From positions 11,346,001 through 11,410,000 of the forward strand of contig OZ059895.1 of the NCBI GenBank assembly GCA_964057225.1: a stretch of 64,000 bases of DNA. Reading direction: 5' to 3'. Position numbers and translations under genes: made by a program. Source of the stretch: Auanema rhodensis (Eukaryota > Animalia > Nematoda). Position 1 is the stretch's first letter; each line of letters opens with the position of its first letter. The notes under the pieces are model-generated. The model had not been told where the DNA came from and ran no database searches. It saw nothing but the letters and a program-made list of their open reading frames with translations. Of this stretch, positions 1 through 13,840 are shown piece after piece.

Positions 1-398
1 GTTGAAAGTACGCCATGCCGCTGATTTTCAATTTTAACTCTTTTGTAACAAATGTTTTCAATTTTCAAGCAGTTTTACTCAGATAGCTTAACCCAAGGCA
101 GCAAATTATCTTCAATATTAATTCTATCTTACAGTTATAAACCAATAGTTAATGAACCATCATCTTACCTTTACTGTTTCTATCTATTTCCTATCGAAAG
201 CAACTTTGTTCAAACACTATACAACTGTGAAACCTTTTTTAATTTCTTGTATTTGGAGCTCATAAGATTTGATATCATCGAGGGATCCAGATAGAACGTG
301 GAAAATTACATAACTAACATGAAATTGGGGAAAAATTATAACGAGGATAAGTATGTAAATCATTGAATATCAGATATTTTTGCTTACAACTATACCAC
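1..398 (+). repeat. Representative full-length monomer (398 bp; arbitrary phase)
   Basis: GTTGAAAGTACGCCATGCCG at 1 recurs as GTTGTAAGTACGCCATGCCG at 399. The unit carries SacI (GAGCTC 256-261), EcoRV (GATATC 271-276) and BamHI (GGATCC 283-288) sites. About 122/398 bases are G+C. Confidence 0.97.
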
Positions 399-847
399 GT
401 TGTAAGTACGCCATGCCGCTGATTTTCAATTTTAACTCTTTTTTAACAAATGTTTTCAATTTTCAAGCAGTTTTACTTAGATAGCTCAACCCAAGGCAGC
501 AAATTATCTTCAATCTTATTTCTATCTTACAGATATAAACCAGTAGTTAATGAACCATCATCTTACCTTTACTATTTCTATCTATTTTCTATCGAAACCA
601 ACTTTGTTCAAAAACTATACAACTGTGAAACCTTTTTTAATTTCTTGTATTTGGAGCTCATAAGATTTGATATCATCGAGGGATCCAGATAGAACGTGGA
701 AAATTACATAACTAACATGAAATTGGGAAAAAATTATAACGAGGATAAGTATGTAAATCATTGAATATCAGATATTTTTGCTTACAACTATACCACGTTG
801 AAAGTACGCCATGCCGCTGATTTTCAATTTTAACTCTTTTGTAACAA

Positions 848-1140
848 ATGTTTTCAATTTTCAAGCAGTTTTACTCAGATAGCTTAACCCAAGGCAGCAA
901 ATTATCTTCAATATTAATTCTATCTTACAGATATAAACCAATAGTTAATGAACCATCATCTCACCTTTACTGTTTCTATCTATTTCCTATCGAAAGCAAC
1001 TTTGTTCAAACACTATACAACTGTGAAACCTTTTTTAATTTCTTGTATTTGGAGCTCATAAGATTTGATATCATTTACAACTATACCACGTTGAAAGTAC
1101 GCCATGCCGCTGATTTTCAATTTTAACTCTTTTGTAACGA
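848..1140 (+). repeat. 293-bp truncated monomer (105-bp deletion), copy 1
   Basis: Landmark spacing 848->1141 = 293. Junction GATATCAT|TTACAACTATACC at about 1074. Confidence 0.95.
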
Positions 1141-3129
1141 ATGTTTTCAATTTTCAAGCAGTTTTACTCAGATAGCTTAACCCAAGGCAGCAAATTATCT
1201 TCAATATTATTTTTATCTTACAGTTATAAACCAATAGTTAATGAACCATCATCTTACCCTCACCATTTCTATCTATTTCATATCGAAACCAACTTTGTTC
1301 AAAAACTATACGACTGTGAAACCTTTTTTAATTTCTTGTATTTGGAGCTCAAAAGATTTGATATCATTGAGGGATCCAGATAGAACATGGAAAATTACAT
1401 AACTAACATGAAATTGGGAAAAAATTATAACGAGGATAAGTATGTAATTCATTGAATATCAGATATTTTCGCTTACAACTATACCACGTTGTAAGTACGC
1501 CATGCCGCTGATTTTCAATTTTAACTCTTTTGTAACGAATGTTTTCAATTTTCAAGCAGTTTTACTCAGATAGCTTAACCCAAGGCAGCAAATTATCTTC
1601 AATATTATTTTTATCTTACAGTTATAAACCAATAGTTAATGAACCATTATCTTACCTTTACTGTTTCTATCTATTTCCTATCGAAAGCAACTTTGTTCAA
1701 ACACTATACAACTGTGAAACCTTTTTTAATTTCTTGTATTTGGAGCTCATAAGATTTGATATCATCGAGGGATCCAGATAGAACGTGGAAAATTACATAA
1801 CTAACATGAAATTGGGAAAAAATTATAACGAGGATAAGTATGTAAATCATTGAATATCAGATATTTTTGCTTACAACTATACCACGTTGTAAGTAAGCCA
1901 TGCCGCTGATTTTCAATTTTAACTCTTTTGTAACGAATGTTTTCAATTTTCAAGCAGTTTTACTCAGATAGCTTAACCCAAGACAGCAAATTATCTTCAA
2001 TATTATTTCTATCTTACAGTTATAAACGAATAGTTAATGAACCATTATCTTACCTTTACTGTTTCTATCTATTTCCTATCGAAAGCAACTTTGTTCAAAC
2101 ACTATACAACTGTGAAACCTTTTTTAATTTCTTGTATTTGGAGCTCATAAGATTTGATATCATCGAGGGATCCAGATAGAACGTGGAAAATTACGTAACT
2201 AACATGAAATTGGAAAAAACTATAACGAGGATAAGTATGTGAATCATTGAATATCAGATATTTTTGCTTACAACTATACCACGTTGTAAGTACGCCATGC
2301 CGCTGATTTTCAATTTTAACTCTTTTTTAACAAATGTTTTCAATTTTCAAGCAGTTTTACTTAGATAGCTCAACCCAAGGCAGCAAATTATCTTCAATAT
2401 TATTTTTATCTTACAGTTATAAACCAATAGTTAATGAACCATTATCTTACCTTTACTGTTTCTATCTATTTCCTATCGAAAGCAACTTTGTTCAAACACT
2501 ATACGACTGTGAAACCTTTTTTAATTTCTTGTATTTGGAGCTCAAAAGATTTGATATCATTGAGGGATCCAGATAGAACATGGAAAATTACATAACTAAC
2601 ATGAAATTGGGAAAAAATTATAACGAGGATAAGTATGTAATTCATTGAATATCAGATATTTTCGCTTAGGACCATACCACGTTGAAAGTACGCCATGCCG
2701 CTGATTTTCAATTTTAACTCTTTTGTAACGAATGTTTTCAATTTTCAAGCAGTTTTACTCAGATAGCTTAACCCAAGACAGCAAATTATCTTCAATATTA
2801 TTTCTATCTTACAGTTATAAACGAATAGTTAATGAACCATTATCTTACCTTTACTGTTTCTATCTATTTCCTATCGAAAGCAACTTTGTTCAAACACTAT
2901 ACAACTGTGAAACCTTTTTTAATTTCTTGTATTTGGAGCTCATAAGATTTGATATCATTGAGGGATCCAGATAGAACATGGAAAATTACATAACTAACAT
3001 GAAATTGGGAAAAAATTATAACGAGGATAAGTATGTAATTCATTGAATATCAAATATTTTCGCTTAGGACCATACCACGTTGAAAGTACGCCATGCCGCT
3101 GATTTTCAATTTTAACTCTTTTGTAACAA

Positions 3130-3422
3130 ATGTTTTCAATTTTCAAGCAGTTTTACTCAGATAGCTTAACCCAAGGCAGCAAATTATCTTCAATATTAAT
3201 TCTATCTTACAGTTATAAACCAATAGTTAATGAACCATCATCTTACCTTTACTGTTTCTATCTATTTCCTATCGAAAGCAACTTTGTTCAAACACTATAC
3301 AACTGTGAAACCTTTTTTAATTTCTTGTATTTGGAGCTCATAAGATTTGATATCATTTACAACTATACCACGTTGAAAGTACGCCATGCCGCTGATTTTC
3401 AATTTTAACTCTTTTGTAACAA
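3130..3422 (+). repeat. 293-bp truncated monomer (105-bp deletion), copy 2
   Basis: Spacing 3130->3423 = 293. Same junction at about 3356. Confidence 0.95.
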
Positions 3423-6400
3423 ATGTTTTCAATTTTCAAGCAGTTTTACTCAGATAGCTTAACCCAAGGCAGCAAATTATCTTCAATATTATTTTTATCT
3501 TACAGTTATAAACCAATAGTTAATGAACCATCATCTTACCCTCACCATTTCTATCTATTTCATATCGAAACCAACTTTGTTCAAAAACTATACGACTGTG
3601 AAACCTTTTTTAATTTCTTGTATTTGGAGCTCAAAAGATTTGATATCATTGAGGGATCCAGATAGAACATGGAAAATTACATAACTAACATGAAATTGGG
3701 AAAAAATTATAACGAGGATAAGTATGTAATTCATTGAATATCAGATATTTTCGCTTAGGACCATACCACGTTGAAAGTACGCCATGCCGCTGATTTTCAA
3801 TTTTAACTCTTTTGTAACGAATGTTTCCAATTTTCAAGCAGTTTTACTCAGATAGCTTAACCCAAGGCAGCAAATTATCTTCAATATTATTTTTATCTTA
3901 CAGTTATAAACCAATAGTTAATGAACCATCATCTTACCCTTACCATTTCTATCTATTTCATATCGAAACCAACTTTGTTCAAAAACTATACGACTGTGAA
4001 ACCTTTTTTAATTTCTTGTATTTGGAGCTCAAAAGATTTGATATCATTGAGGGATCCAGATAGAACGTGGAAAATTACATAACTAACATGAAATTGGGAA
4101 AAAATTATAACGAGGATAAGTATGTAAATCATTGAATATCAGATATTTTTGCTTACAACTATACCACGTTGTAAGTACGCCATGCCGCTGATTTTCAATT
4201 TTAACTCTTTTGTAACGAATGTTTTCAATTTTCAAGCAGTTTTACTCAGATAGCTTAACCCAAGACAGCAAATTATCTTCAATATTATTTCTATCTTACA
4301 GTTATAAACGAATAGTTAATGAACCATTATCTTACCTTTACTGTTTCTATCTATTTCCTATCGAAAGCAACTTTGTTCAAACACTATACAACTGTGAAAC
4401 CTTTTTTAATTTCTTGTATTTGGAGCTCATAAGATTTGATATCATTGAGGGATCCAGATAGAACGTGGAAAATTACGTAACTAACATGAAATTGGAAAAA
4501 ACTATAACGAGGATAAGTATGTGAATCATTGAATATCAAATATTTTCGCTTAGGACCATACCACGTTGAAAGTACGCCATGCCGCTGATTTTCAATTTTA
4601 ACTCTTTTGTAACAAATGTTTTCAATTTTCAAGCAGTTTTACCCAGATAGCTTAACCCAAGGCAGCAAATTATCTTCAATATTAATTCTATCTTACAGTT
4701 ATAAACCAATAGTTAATGAACCATCATCTTACCCTTACCATTTCTATCTATTTCATATCGAAACCAACTTTGTTCAAAAACTATACGACTGTGAAACCTT
4801 TTTTAATTTCTTGTATTTGGAGCTCAAAAGATTTGATATCATTGAGGGATCCAGATAGAACATGGAAAATTACATAACTAACATGAAATTGGGAAAAAAT
4901 TATAACGAGGATAAGTATGTAATTCATTGAATATCAGATATTTTCGCTTAGGACCATACCACGTTGAAAGTACGCCATGCCGCTGATTTTCAATTTTAAC
5001 TCTTTTGTAACGAATGTTTTCAATTTTCAAGCAGTTTTACTCAGATAGCTTAACCCAAGGCAGCAAATTATCTACAATATTATTTTTATCTTACAGTTAT
5101 AAACCAATAGTTAATGAACCATCATCTTACCCTTACCATTTCTATCTATTTCATATCGAAACCAACTTTGTTCAAAAACTATACGACTGTGAAACCTTTT
5201 TTAATTTCTTGTATTTGGAGCTCAAAAGATTTGATATCATTGAGGGATCCAGATAGAACGTGGAAAATTACATAACTAACATGAAATTGGGAAAAAATTA
5301 TAACAAGGATAAGTATGTAAATCATTGAATATCAGATATTTTTGCTTACAACTATACCACGTTGTAAGTACGCCATGCCGCTGATTTTCAATTTTAACTC
5401 TTTTGTAACGAATGTTTTCAATTTTCAAGCAGTTTTACTCAGATAGCTTAACCCAAGACAGCAAATTATCTTCAATATTATTTCTATCTTACAGTTATAA
5501 ACGAATAGTTAATGAACCATTATCTTACCTTTATTGTTTCTATCTATTTCCTATCGAAAGCAACTTTGTTCAAACACTATACAACTGTGAAACCTTTTTT
5601 AATTTCTTGTATTTGGAGCTCATAAGATTTGATATCATTGAGGGATCCAGATAGAACGTGGAAAATTACGTAACTAACATGAAATTGGAAAAAACTATAA
5701 CGAGGATAAGTATGTGAATCATTGAATATCAAATATTTTCGCTTAGGACCATACCACGTTGAAAGTACGCCATGCCGCTGATTTTCAATTTTAACTCTTT
5801 TGTAACAAATGTTTTCAATTTTCAAGCAGTTTTACTCAGATAGCTTAACCCAAGGCAGCAAATTATCTTCAATATTATTTTTATCTTACAGTTATAAACC
5901 AATAGTTAATGAACCATCATCTTACCCTTACCATTTCTATCTATTTCATATCGAAACCAACTTTGTTCAAAAACTATACGACTGTGAAACCTTTTTTAAT
6001 TTCTTGTATTTGGAGCTCAAAAGATTTTATATCATTGGGGGATCCAGATAAAACGTGGAAAATTACATAACTAACATGAAATTGGGAAAAAATTATAACG
6101 AGGATAAGTATGTAAATCATTGAATATCAGATATTTTTGCTTACAACTATACCACGTTGTAAGTACGCCATGCCGCTGATTTTCAATTTTAACTCTTTTG
6201 TAACGAATGTTTTCAATTTTCAAGCAGTTTTACTCAGATAGCTTAACCCAAGACAGCAAATTATCTTCAATATTATTTCTATCTTACAGTTATAAACGAA
6301 TAGTTAATGAACCATCATCTTACCTTTACTGTTTCTATCTATTTCCTATCGAAAGCAACTTTGTTCAAACACTATACAACTGTGAAACCTTTTTTAATTT

Positions 6401-7001
6401 CTTGTATTTGGAGCTCATAAGATTTGATATCATTGAGGGATCCAGATAGAACGTGGAAAATTACGTAACTAACATGAAATTGGAAAAAACTATAACGAGG
6501 ATAAGTATGTGAATCATTGAATATCAAATATTTTCGCTTAGGACCATACCACGTTGAAAGTACGCCATGCCGCTGATTTTCAATTTTAACTCTTTTGTAA
6601 CAAATGTTTTCAATTTTCAAGCAGTTTTACTCAGATAGCTTAACCCAAGGCAGCAAATTATCTTCAATATTAATTCTATCTTACAGTTATAAACCAATAG
6701 TTAATGAACCATCATCTTACCTTTACTGTTTCTATCTATTTCCTATCGAAAGCAACTTTGTTCAAACACTATACAACTGTGAAACCTTTTTTAATTTCTT
6801 GTATTTGGAGCTCATAAGATTTGATATCATCGAGGGATCCAGATAGAACGTGGAAAATTACATAACTAACATGAAATTGGGGAAAAATTATAACGAGGAT
6901 AAGTATGTAAATCATTGAATATCAGATATTTTTGCTTACAACTATACCACGTTGTAAGTACGCCATGCCGCTGATTTTCAATTTTAACTCTTTTTTAACA
7001 A

Positions 7002-7294
7002 ATGTTTTCAATTTTCAAGCAGTTTTACTTAGATAGCTCAACCCAAGGCAGCAAATTATCTTCAATCTTATTTCTATCTTACAGATATAAACCAGTAGTT
7101 AATGAACCATCATCTTACCTTTACTATTTCTATCTATTTTCTATCGAAACCAACTTTGTTCAAAAACTATACAACTGTGAAACCTTTTTTAATTTCTTGT
7201 ATTTGGAGCTCATAAGATTTGATATCATTTACAACTATACCACGTTGTAAGTACGCCATGCCGCTGATTTTCAATTTTAACTCTTTTGTAACAA
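7002..7294 (+). repeat. 293-bp truncated monomer (105-bp deletion), copy 3
   Basis: Spacing 7002->7295 = 293. Same junction at about 7228. Confidence 0.95.
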
Positions 7295-8487
7295 ATGTTT
7301 TCAATTTTCAAGCAGCTTTACTTAGATAGCTCAACCCAAGGCAGCAATTTATCTTCAATATTATTTCTATCTTACAGTTATAAACCAATAGTTAATGAAC
7401 CATCATCTTACCCTTACCATTTCTATCTATTTCATATCGAAACCAACTTTGTTCAAAAACTATACGACTGTGAAACCTTTTTTAATTTCTTGTATTTGGA
7501 GCTCAAAAGATTTGATATCATTGAGGGATCCAGATAGAACGTGGAAAATTACATAACTAACATGAAATTGGGAAAAAATTATAACGAGGATAAGTATGTA
7601 AATCATTGAATATCAGATATTTTTGCTTACAACTATACCACGTTGTTAGTACGCCATGCCGCTGATTTTCAATTTTAACTCTTTTGTAACGAATGTTTTC
7701 AATTTTCAAGCAGTTTTACTCAGATAGCTTAACCCAAGGCAGCAAATTATCTTCAATATTATTTCTATCTTACAGTTATAAACGAATAGTTAATGAACCA
7801 TCATCTTACCTTTACTGTTTCTATCTATTTCCTATCGAAAGCAACTTTGTTCAAACACTATACAACTGTGAAACCTTTTTTAATTTCTTGTATTTGGAGC
7901 TCATAAGATTTGATATCATTGAGGGATCCAGATAGAACGTGGAAAATTACGTAACTAACATGAAATTGGAAAAAACTATAACGAGGATAAGTATGTGAAT
8001 CATTGAATATCAAATATTTTCGCTTAGGACCATACCACGTTGAAAGTACGCCATGCCGCTGATTTTCAATTTTAACTCTTTTGTAACAAATGTTTTCAAT
8101 TTTCAAGCAGTTTTACTCAGATAGCTTAACCCAAGGCAGCAAATTATCTTTAATATTAATTCTATCTTACAGTTATAAACCAATAGTTAATGAACCATCA
8201 TCTTACCTTTACTGTTTCTATCTATTTCCTATCGAAAGCAACTTTGTTCAAACACTATACAACTGTGAAACCTTTTTTAATTTCTTGTATTTGGAGCTCA
8301 TAAGATTTGATATCATCGAGGGATCCAGATAGAACGTGGAAAATTACATAACTAACATGAAATTGGGGAAAAATTATAACGAGGATAAGTATGTAAATCA
8401 TTGAATATCAGATATTTTTGCTTACAACTATACCACGTTGTAAGTACGCCATGCCGCTGATTTTCAATTTTAACTCTTTTTTAACAA

Positions 8488-8780
8488 ATGTTTTCAATTT
8501 TCAAGCAGTTTTACTTAGATAGCTCAACCCAAGGCAGCAAATTATCTTCAATCTTATTTCTATCTTACAGATATAAACCAGTAGTTAATGAACCATCATC
8601 TTACCTTTACTATTTCTATCTATTTTCTATCGAAACCAACTTTGTTCAAAAACTATACAACTGTGAAACCTTTTTTAATTTCTTGTATTTGGAGCTCATA
8701 AGATTTGATATCATTTACAACTATACCACGTTGTAAGTACGCCATGCCGCTGATTTTCAATTTTAACTCTTTTGTAACAA
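8488..8780 (+). repeat. 293-bp truncated monomer (105-bp deletion), copy 4
   Basis: Spacing 8488->8781 = 293. Same junction at about 8714. Confidence 0.95.
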
Positions 8781-9971
8781 ATGTTTTCAATTTTCAAGCA
8801 GCTTTACTTAGATAGCTCAACCCAAGGCAGCAATTTATCTTCAATATTATTTCTATCTTACAGTTATAAACCAATAGTTAATGAACCATCATCTTACCCT
8901 TACCATTTCTATCTATTTCATATCGAAACCAACTTTGTTCAAAAACTATACGAATGTGAAACCTTTTTTAATTTCTTGTATTTGGAGCTCAAAAGATTTG
9001 ATATCATTGAGGGATCCAGATAGAACGTGGAAAATTACATAACTAACATGAAATTGGAAAAAACTATAACGAGGATAAGTATGTGAATCATTGAATATCA
9101 GATATTTTCGCTTAGGACCATACCACGTTGAAAGTACGCCATGCCGCTGATTTTCAATTTTAACTCTTTTGTAACGAATGTTTTCAATTTTCAAGCAGTT
9201 TTACTCAGATAGCTTAACCCAAGGCAGCAAATTATCTTCAATATTATTTTTATCTTACAGTTATAAACCAATAGTTAATGAACCATCATCTTACCCTTAC
9301 CATTTCTATCTATTTCATATCGAAACCAACTTTGTTCAAAAACTATACGACTGTGAAACCTTTTTTAATTTCTTGTATTTGGAGCTCAAAAGATTTGATA
9401 TCATTGAGGGATCCAGATAGAACGTGGAAAATTACATAACTAACATGAAATTGGAAAAAACTATAACGAGGATAAGTATGTGAATCATTGAATATCAGAT
9501 ATTTTCGCTTAGGACCATACCACGTTGAAAGTACGCCATGCCGCTGATTTTCAATTTTAACTCTTTTGCAACAAATGTTTTCAATTTTCAAGCAGTTTTA
9601 CTCAGATAGCTTAACCCAAGGCAGCAAATTATCTTCAATATTATTTCGATCTTACAGTTATAAACCAGTAGTTAATGAACGATCATCTTACCTTCACTGT
9701 TTCTATCTATTTTCTATCAAAAGAAACATTGTTTAAACACTATACAACTGTGAAACCTTTTTTAATTTCTTGTATTTGGAGCTCAAAAGATTTGATATCA
9801 TTGAGGGATCCAGATAGAACGTGGAAAATTACGTAACTAACATGAAATTGGAAAAAACTATAACGAGGATAAGTATGTGAATCATTAAATATCAGATATT
9901 TTTGCTTACAACTATACCACGTTGTAAGTACGCCATGCCGCTGATTTTCAATTTTAACTCTTCTGTAACAA

Positions 9972-10264
9972 ATGTTTTCAATTTTCAAGCAGTTTTACTT
10001 AGATAGCTCAACCCAAGGCAGCAAATTATCTTCAATCTTATTTCTATCTTACAGATATAAACCAGTAGTTAATGAACCATCATCTTACCTTTACTATTTC
10101 TATCTATTTCCTATCGAAACCAACTTTGTTCAAAAACTATACAACTGTGAAACCTTTTTTAATTTCTTGTATTTGGAGCTCATAAGATTTGATATCATTT
10201 ACAACTATACCACGTTGTAAGTACGCCATGCCGCTGATTTTCAATTTTAACTCTTTTGTAACAA
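9972..10264 (+). repeat. 293-bp truncated monomer (105-bp deletion), copy 5
   Basis: Spacing 9972->10265 = 293. Same junction at about 10198. Confidence 0.95.
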
Positions 10265-13200
10265 ATGTTTTCAATTTTCAAGCAGCTTTACTTAGATAGC
10301 TCAACCCAAGGCAGCAATTTATCTTCAATATTATTTCTATCTTACAGTTATAAACCAATAGTTAATGAACCATCATCTTACCTTTACTGTTTCTATCTAT
10401 TTCCTATCGAAAGCAACTTTGTTCAAACACTATACAACTGTGAAACCTTTTTTATTTTCTTGTATTTGGAGCTCATAAGTTTTGATATCATCGAGGGATC
10501 CAGATAGAACGTGGAAAATTACATAACTAACATGAAATTGGAAAAAACTATAACGAGGATAAGTATGTTAATCATTGAATATCAGATATTTTCGCTTAGG
10601 ACCATACCACGTTGAAAGTACGCCATGCCGCTGATTTTCAATTTTAACTCTTCTGTAACAAATGTTTTCAATTTCCAAGCAGTTTTACTTAGATAACTCA
10701 ACCCAAGGCAGCAAATTATCTTCAATCTTATTTCTATCTTACAGTTATAAACCAGTAGTGAATGAACCATCATCTTACCTTCACTGTTTCTATCTATTTT
10801 CTATCAAAAGAAACATTGTTTAAACACTATACAACTGTGAAACCTTTTTTAATTTCTTGTATTTGGAGCTCTTAAGATTTGATATCATTGAGGAATCCAG
10901 ATAGAACGTGGAAAATTACGTAACTAACATGAAATTGGAAAAAACTATAACGAGGATAAGTATGCGAAACATTGAATATCAGATATTTTTGCTTACAACT
11001 ATACCACGTTGAAAGTACGGCATGCGGCTGATTTTCAATTTTAACTCTTCTGTAACAAATGTTTTCAATTTTCAAGCAGTTTTACTCAGATAGCTTAACC
11101 CAAGGCAGCAATTTATCTTCAATCTTATTTCTATCTTACAGTTATAAACCATTAGTTAATGAACCATCATCTTACCTTCACTATTTCTATCTATTTCCTA
11201 TCAAAACCAACTTTATCCAAAAACTATACAACTGAGAAGCCTTTTTTAATTCGTTGTATTTGGAGCTCATAAGATTTGATATCATTGAGGGATCCAGATA
11301 GAACGTGGAAAATTACATAACTAACATGAAATTGGGAAAAAATTATAACGAGGATAAGTATGTGAAACATTGAATATCAGATATTTTCGCTTAGGACCAT
11401 ACCACGTTGAAAGTACGGCATGCGGTTGATTTTCAATTTTAACTCTTCTGTAACAAATGTTTTCAATTTTCAAGCAGTTTTACTTAGATAGCTCAACCCA
11501 AGGCAGCAAATTATCTTCAATCTTATTTCTATCTTACAGTTATAAACCAGTAGTGAATGAACCATCATCTTACCTTCACTGTTTCTATCTATTTTCTATC
11601 GAAAGAAACATTGTTTAAACACTATACAACTGTGAAACCTTTTTTAATTTCTTGTATTTGGAGCTCTTAAGATTTGATATCATTGAGGAATCCAGATAGA
11701 ACGTGGAAAATTACGTAACTAACATGAAATTGGAAAAAACTATAACGAGGATAAGTATGCGAAACATTGAATATCAGATATTTTTGCTTACAACTATACC
11801 ACGTTGAAAGTACGGCATGCGGCTGATTTTCAATTTTAACTCTTCTGTAACAAATGTTTTCAATTTTCAAGCAGTTTTACTCAGATAGCTTAACCCAAGG
11901 CAGCAATTTATCTTCAATCTTATTTCTATCTTACAGTTATAAACCATTAGTTAATGAACCATCATCTTACCTTCACTATTTCTATCTATTTCCTATCAAA
12001 ACCAACTTTATTCAAAAACTATACAACTGAGAAGCCTTTTTTAATTCGTTGTATTTGGAGCTCATAAGATTTGATATCAATGTGGGATCCAGATAGAACG
12101 TGGAAAATTACATAACTAACATGAAATTGGGAAAAAATTATAACGAGGATAAGTATGTGAAACATTGAATATCAGATATTTTCGCTTAGGACCATACCAC
12201 GTTGAAAGTACGGCATGCGGTTGATTTTCAATTTTAACTCTTCTGTAACAAATGTTTTCAATTTTCACAGCAGTTTTACTTAGATAGCTCAACCCAAGGA
12301 AGCAAATTATCTTCAATCTTATTTCTATCTTACAGTTATAAACCAGTAGTGAATGAACCATCATCTTACCTTCACTGTTTCTATCTATTTTCTATCAAAA
12401 GAAACATTCTTTAAACACTATACAACTGTGAAACCTTTTTTAATTTCTTGTATTTGAAGCTCAAAAGATTTGATATCATCGAGGGATCCAGATAGAACGT
12501 GGAAAATTACGTAACTAACATGAAATTGGAAAAAACTATAACGAGGATAAGTATGTGAATCATTGAATATCAGATATTTTCGCTTAGGACCAAACCACGT
12601 TGAAAGTACGCCATGCCGCTGATTTTCAATTTTAACTCTTTTGTAACAAATGTTTTCAATTTTCAAGCAGTTTTACTCAGATAGCTTAACCCAAGGCAGC
12701 AAATTATCTTCAATATTATTTCTATCTTACAGTTATAAACCAGTAGTAAATGAACCATCATCTTACCTTCACTGTTTCTATCTATTTTCTATCAAAAGAA
12801 ACATTGTTTAAACACTATACAACTGTGAAACCTTTTTTAATTTCTTGTATTTGGAGCTCATAAGATTTGATATCATCGAGGGATCCAGATAGAACGTGGA
12901 AAATTACGTAACTAACATGAAATTGGAAAAAACTATAACGAGGATAAGTATGTGAATCATTGAATATCAGATATTTTCGCTTAGGACCATACCACGTTGA
13001 AAGTACGCCATGCCGCTGATTTTCAATTTTAACTCTTTTGTAACTAATGTTTTCAATATTCAAGCAGTTTTACTCAGATAGCTTAACCCAAGGCAGCAAA
13101 TTATCTTCAATATTATTTCTATCTTACAGTTATAAACCAATGGTTAATGAACCATCATCTTACCTTTACTGTTTCTATCTATTTTCTATCAGAACAAATA

Positions 13201-13840
13201 TTGTTCAAACACTATACAACTGAGAAGCCTTTTTTAATTTCTTGTATTTGGAGCTCATAAGATTTGATATCATCGAGGGATCCAGATAGAACGTGGAAAA
13301 TTACGTAACTAACATGAAATTGGAAAAAACTATAACGAGGATAAGTATGTCAATCATTGAATATCAGATATTTTCGCTTAGGACCATACCACGTTGAAAG
13401 TACGCCATGCCGCTGATTTTCGATTTTAACTCTTTTGTAACAAATGTTTTCAATTTTCAAGCAGTTTTACTTAGATAGCTCAACCCAAGGCAGCAAATTA
13501 TCTTCAATCTTATTTCTATCTTACAGTTATAAACCAGTAGTGAATGAACCATCATCTTACCTTCACTGTTTCTATCTATTTTCTATCAAAAGAAACATTG
13601 TTTAAACACTATACAACTGTGAAACCTTTTTTAATTTCTTGTATTTGGAGCTCATAAGATTTGATATCATCGAGGGATCCAGATAGAACGTGGAAAATTA
13701 CGTAACTAACATGAAATTGGAAAAAACTATAACGAGGATAAGTATGTGAATCATTGAATATCAGATATTTTCGCTTAGGACCATACCACGTTGAAAGTAC
13801 GCCAAGCCGCTGATTTTCAATTTTAACTCTTTTGTAACAA

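Larger units (their letters stand above)
6207..9000 (+). repeat. Tandem 4-monomer duplication (1486-bp period, includes a truncated monomer)
   Basis: Matching variant monomers at 6207/7693, 6604/8090, 7002/8488 and 7295/8781. They share rare alleles (TTGGGGAAAAA, CAGCTTTAC). Confidence 0.85.

Noticed and set aside
256-288. Cluster of SacI, EcoRV and BamHI sites suggesting a polylinker or synthetic concatemer
   Set aside because: The sites are separated by ordinary sequence and vary naturally between copies. No vector sequence is present, and the subfamily structure indicates natural evolution.
1-398. Tandem 5S rRNA, tRNA, snRNA or spliced-leader gene array
   Set aside because: The unit length is compatible with such arrays, but I recognise no 5S, tRNA, snRNA or SL motifs and the unit is about 31% GC. 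An Rfam/Infernal scan would formally exclude it.
1-398. Monomer as a diverged dimer of about 199 bp
   Set aside because: I see no similarity between the two halves at an offset of about 199.
2655-2685. CENP-B box-like motif at TTTCGCTTAGGACCATA
   Set aside because: Only TTCG matches the TTCGNNNNANNCGGG core. The A and CGGG positions do not match.
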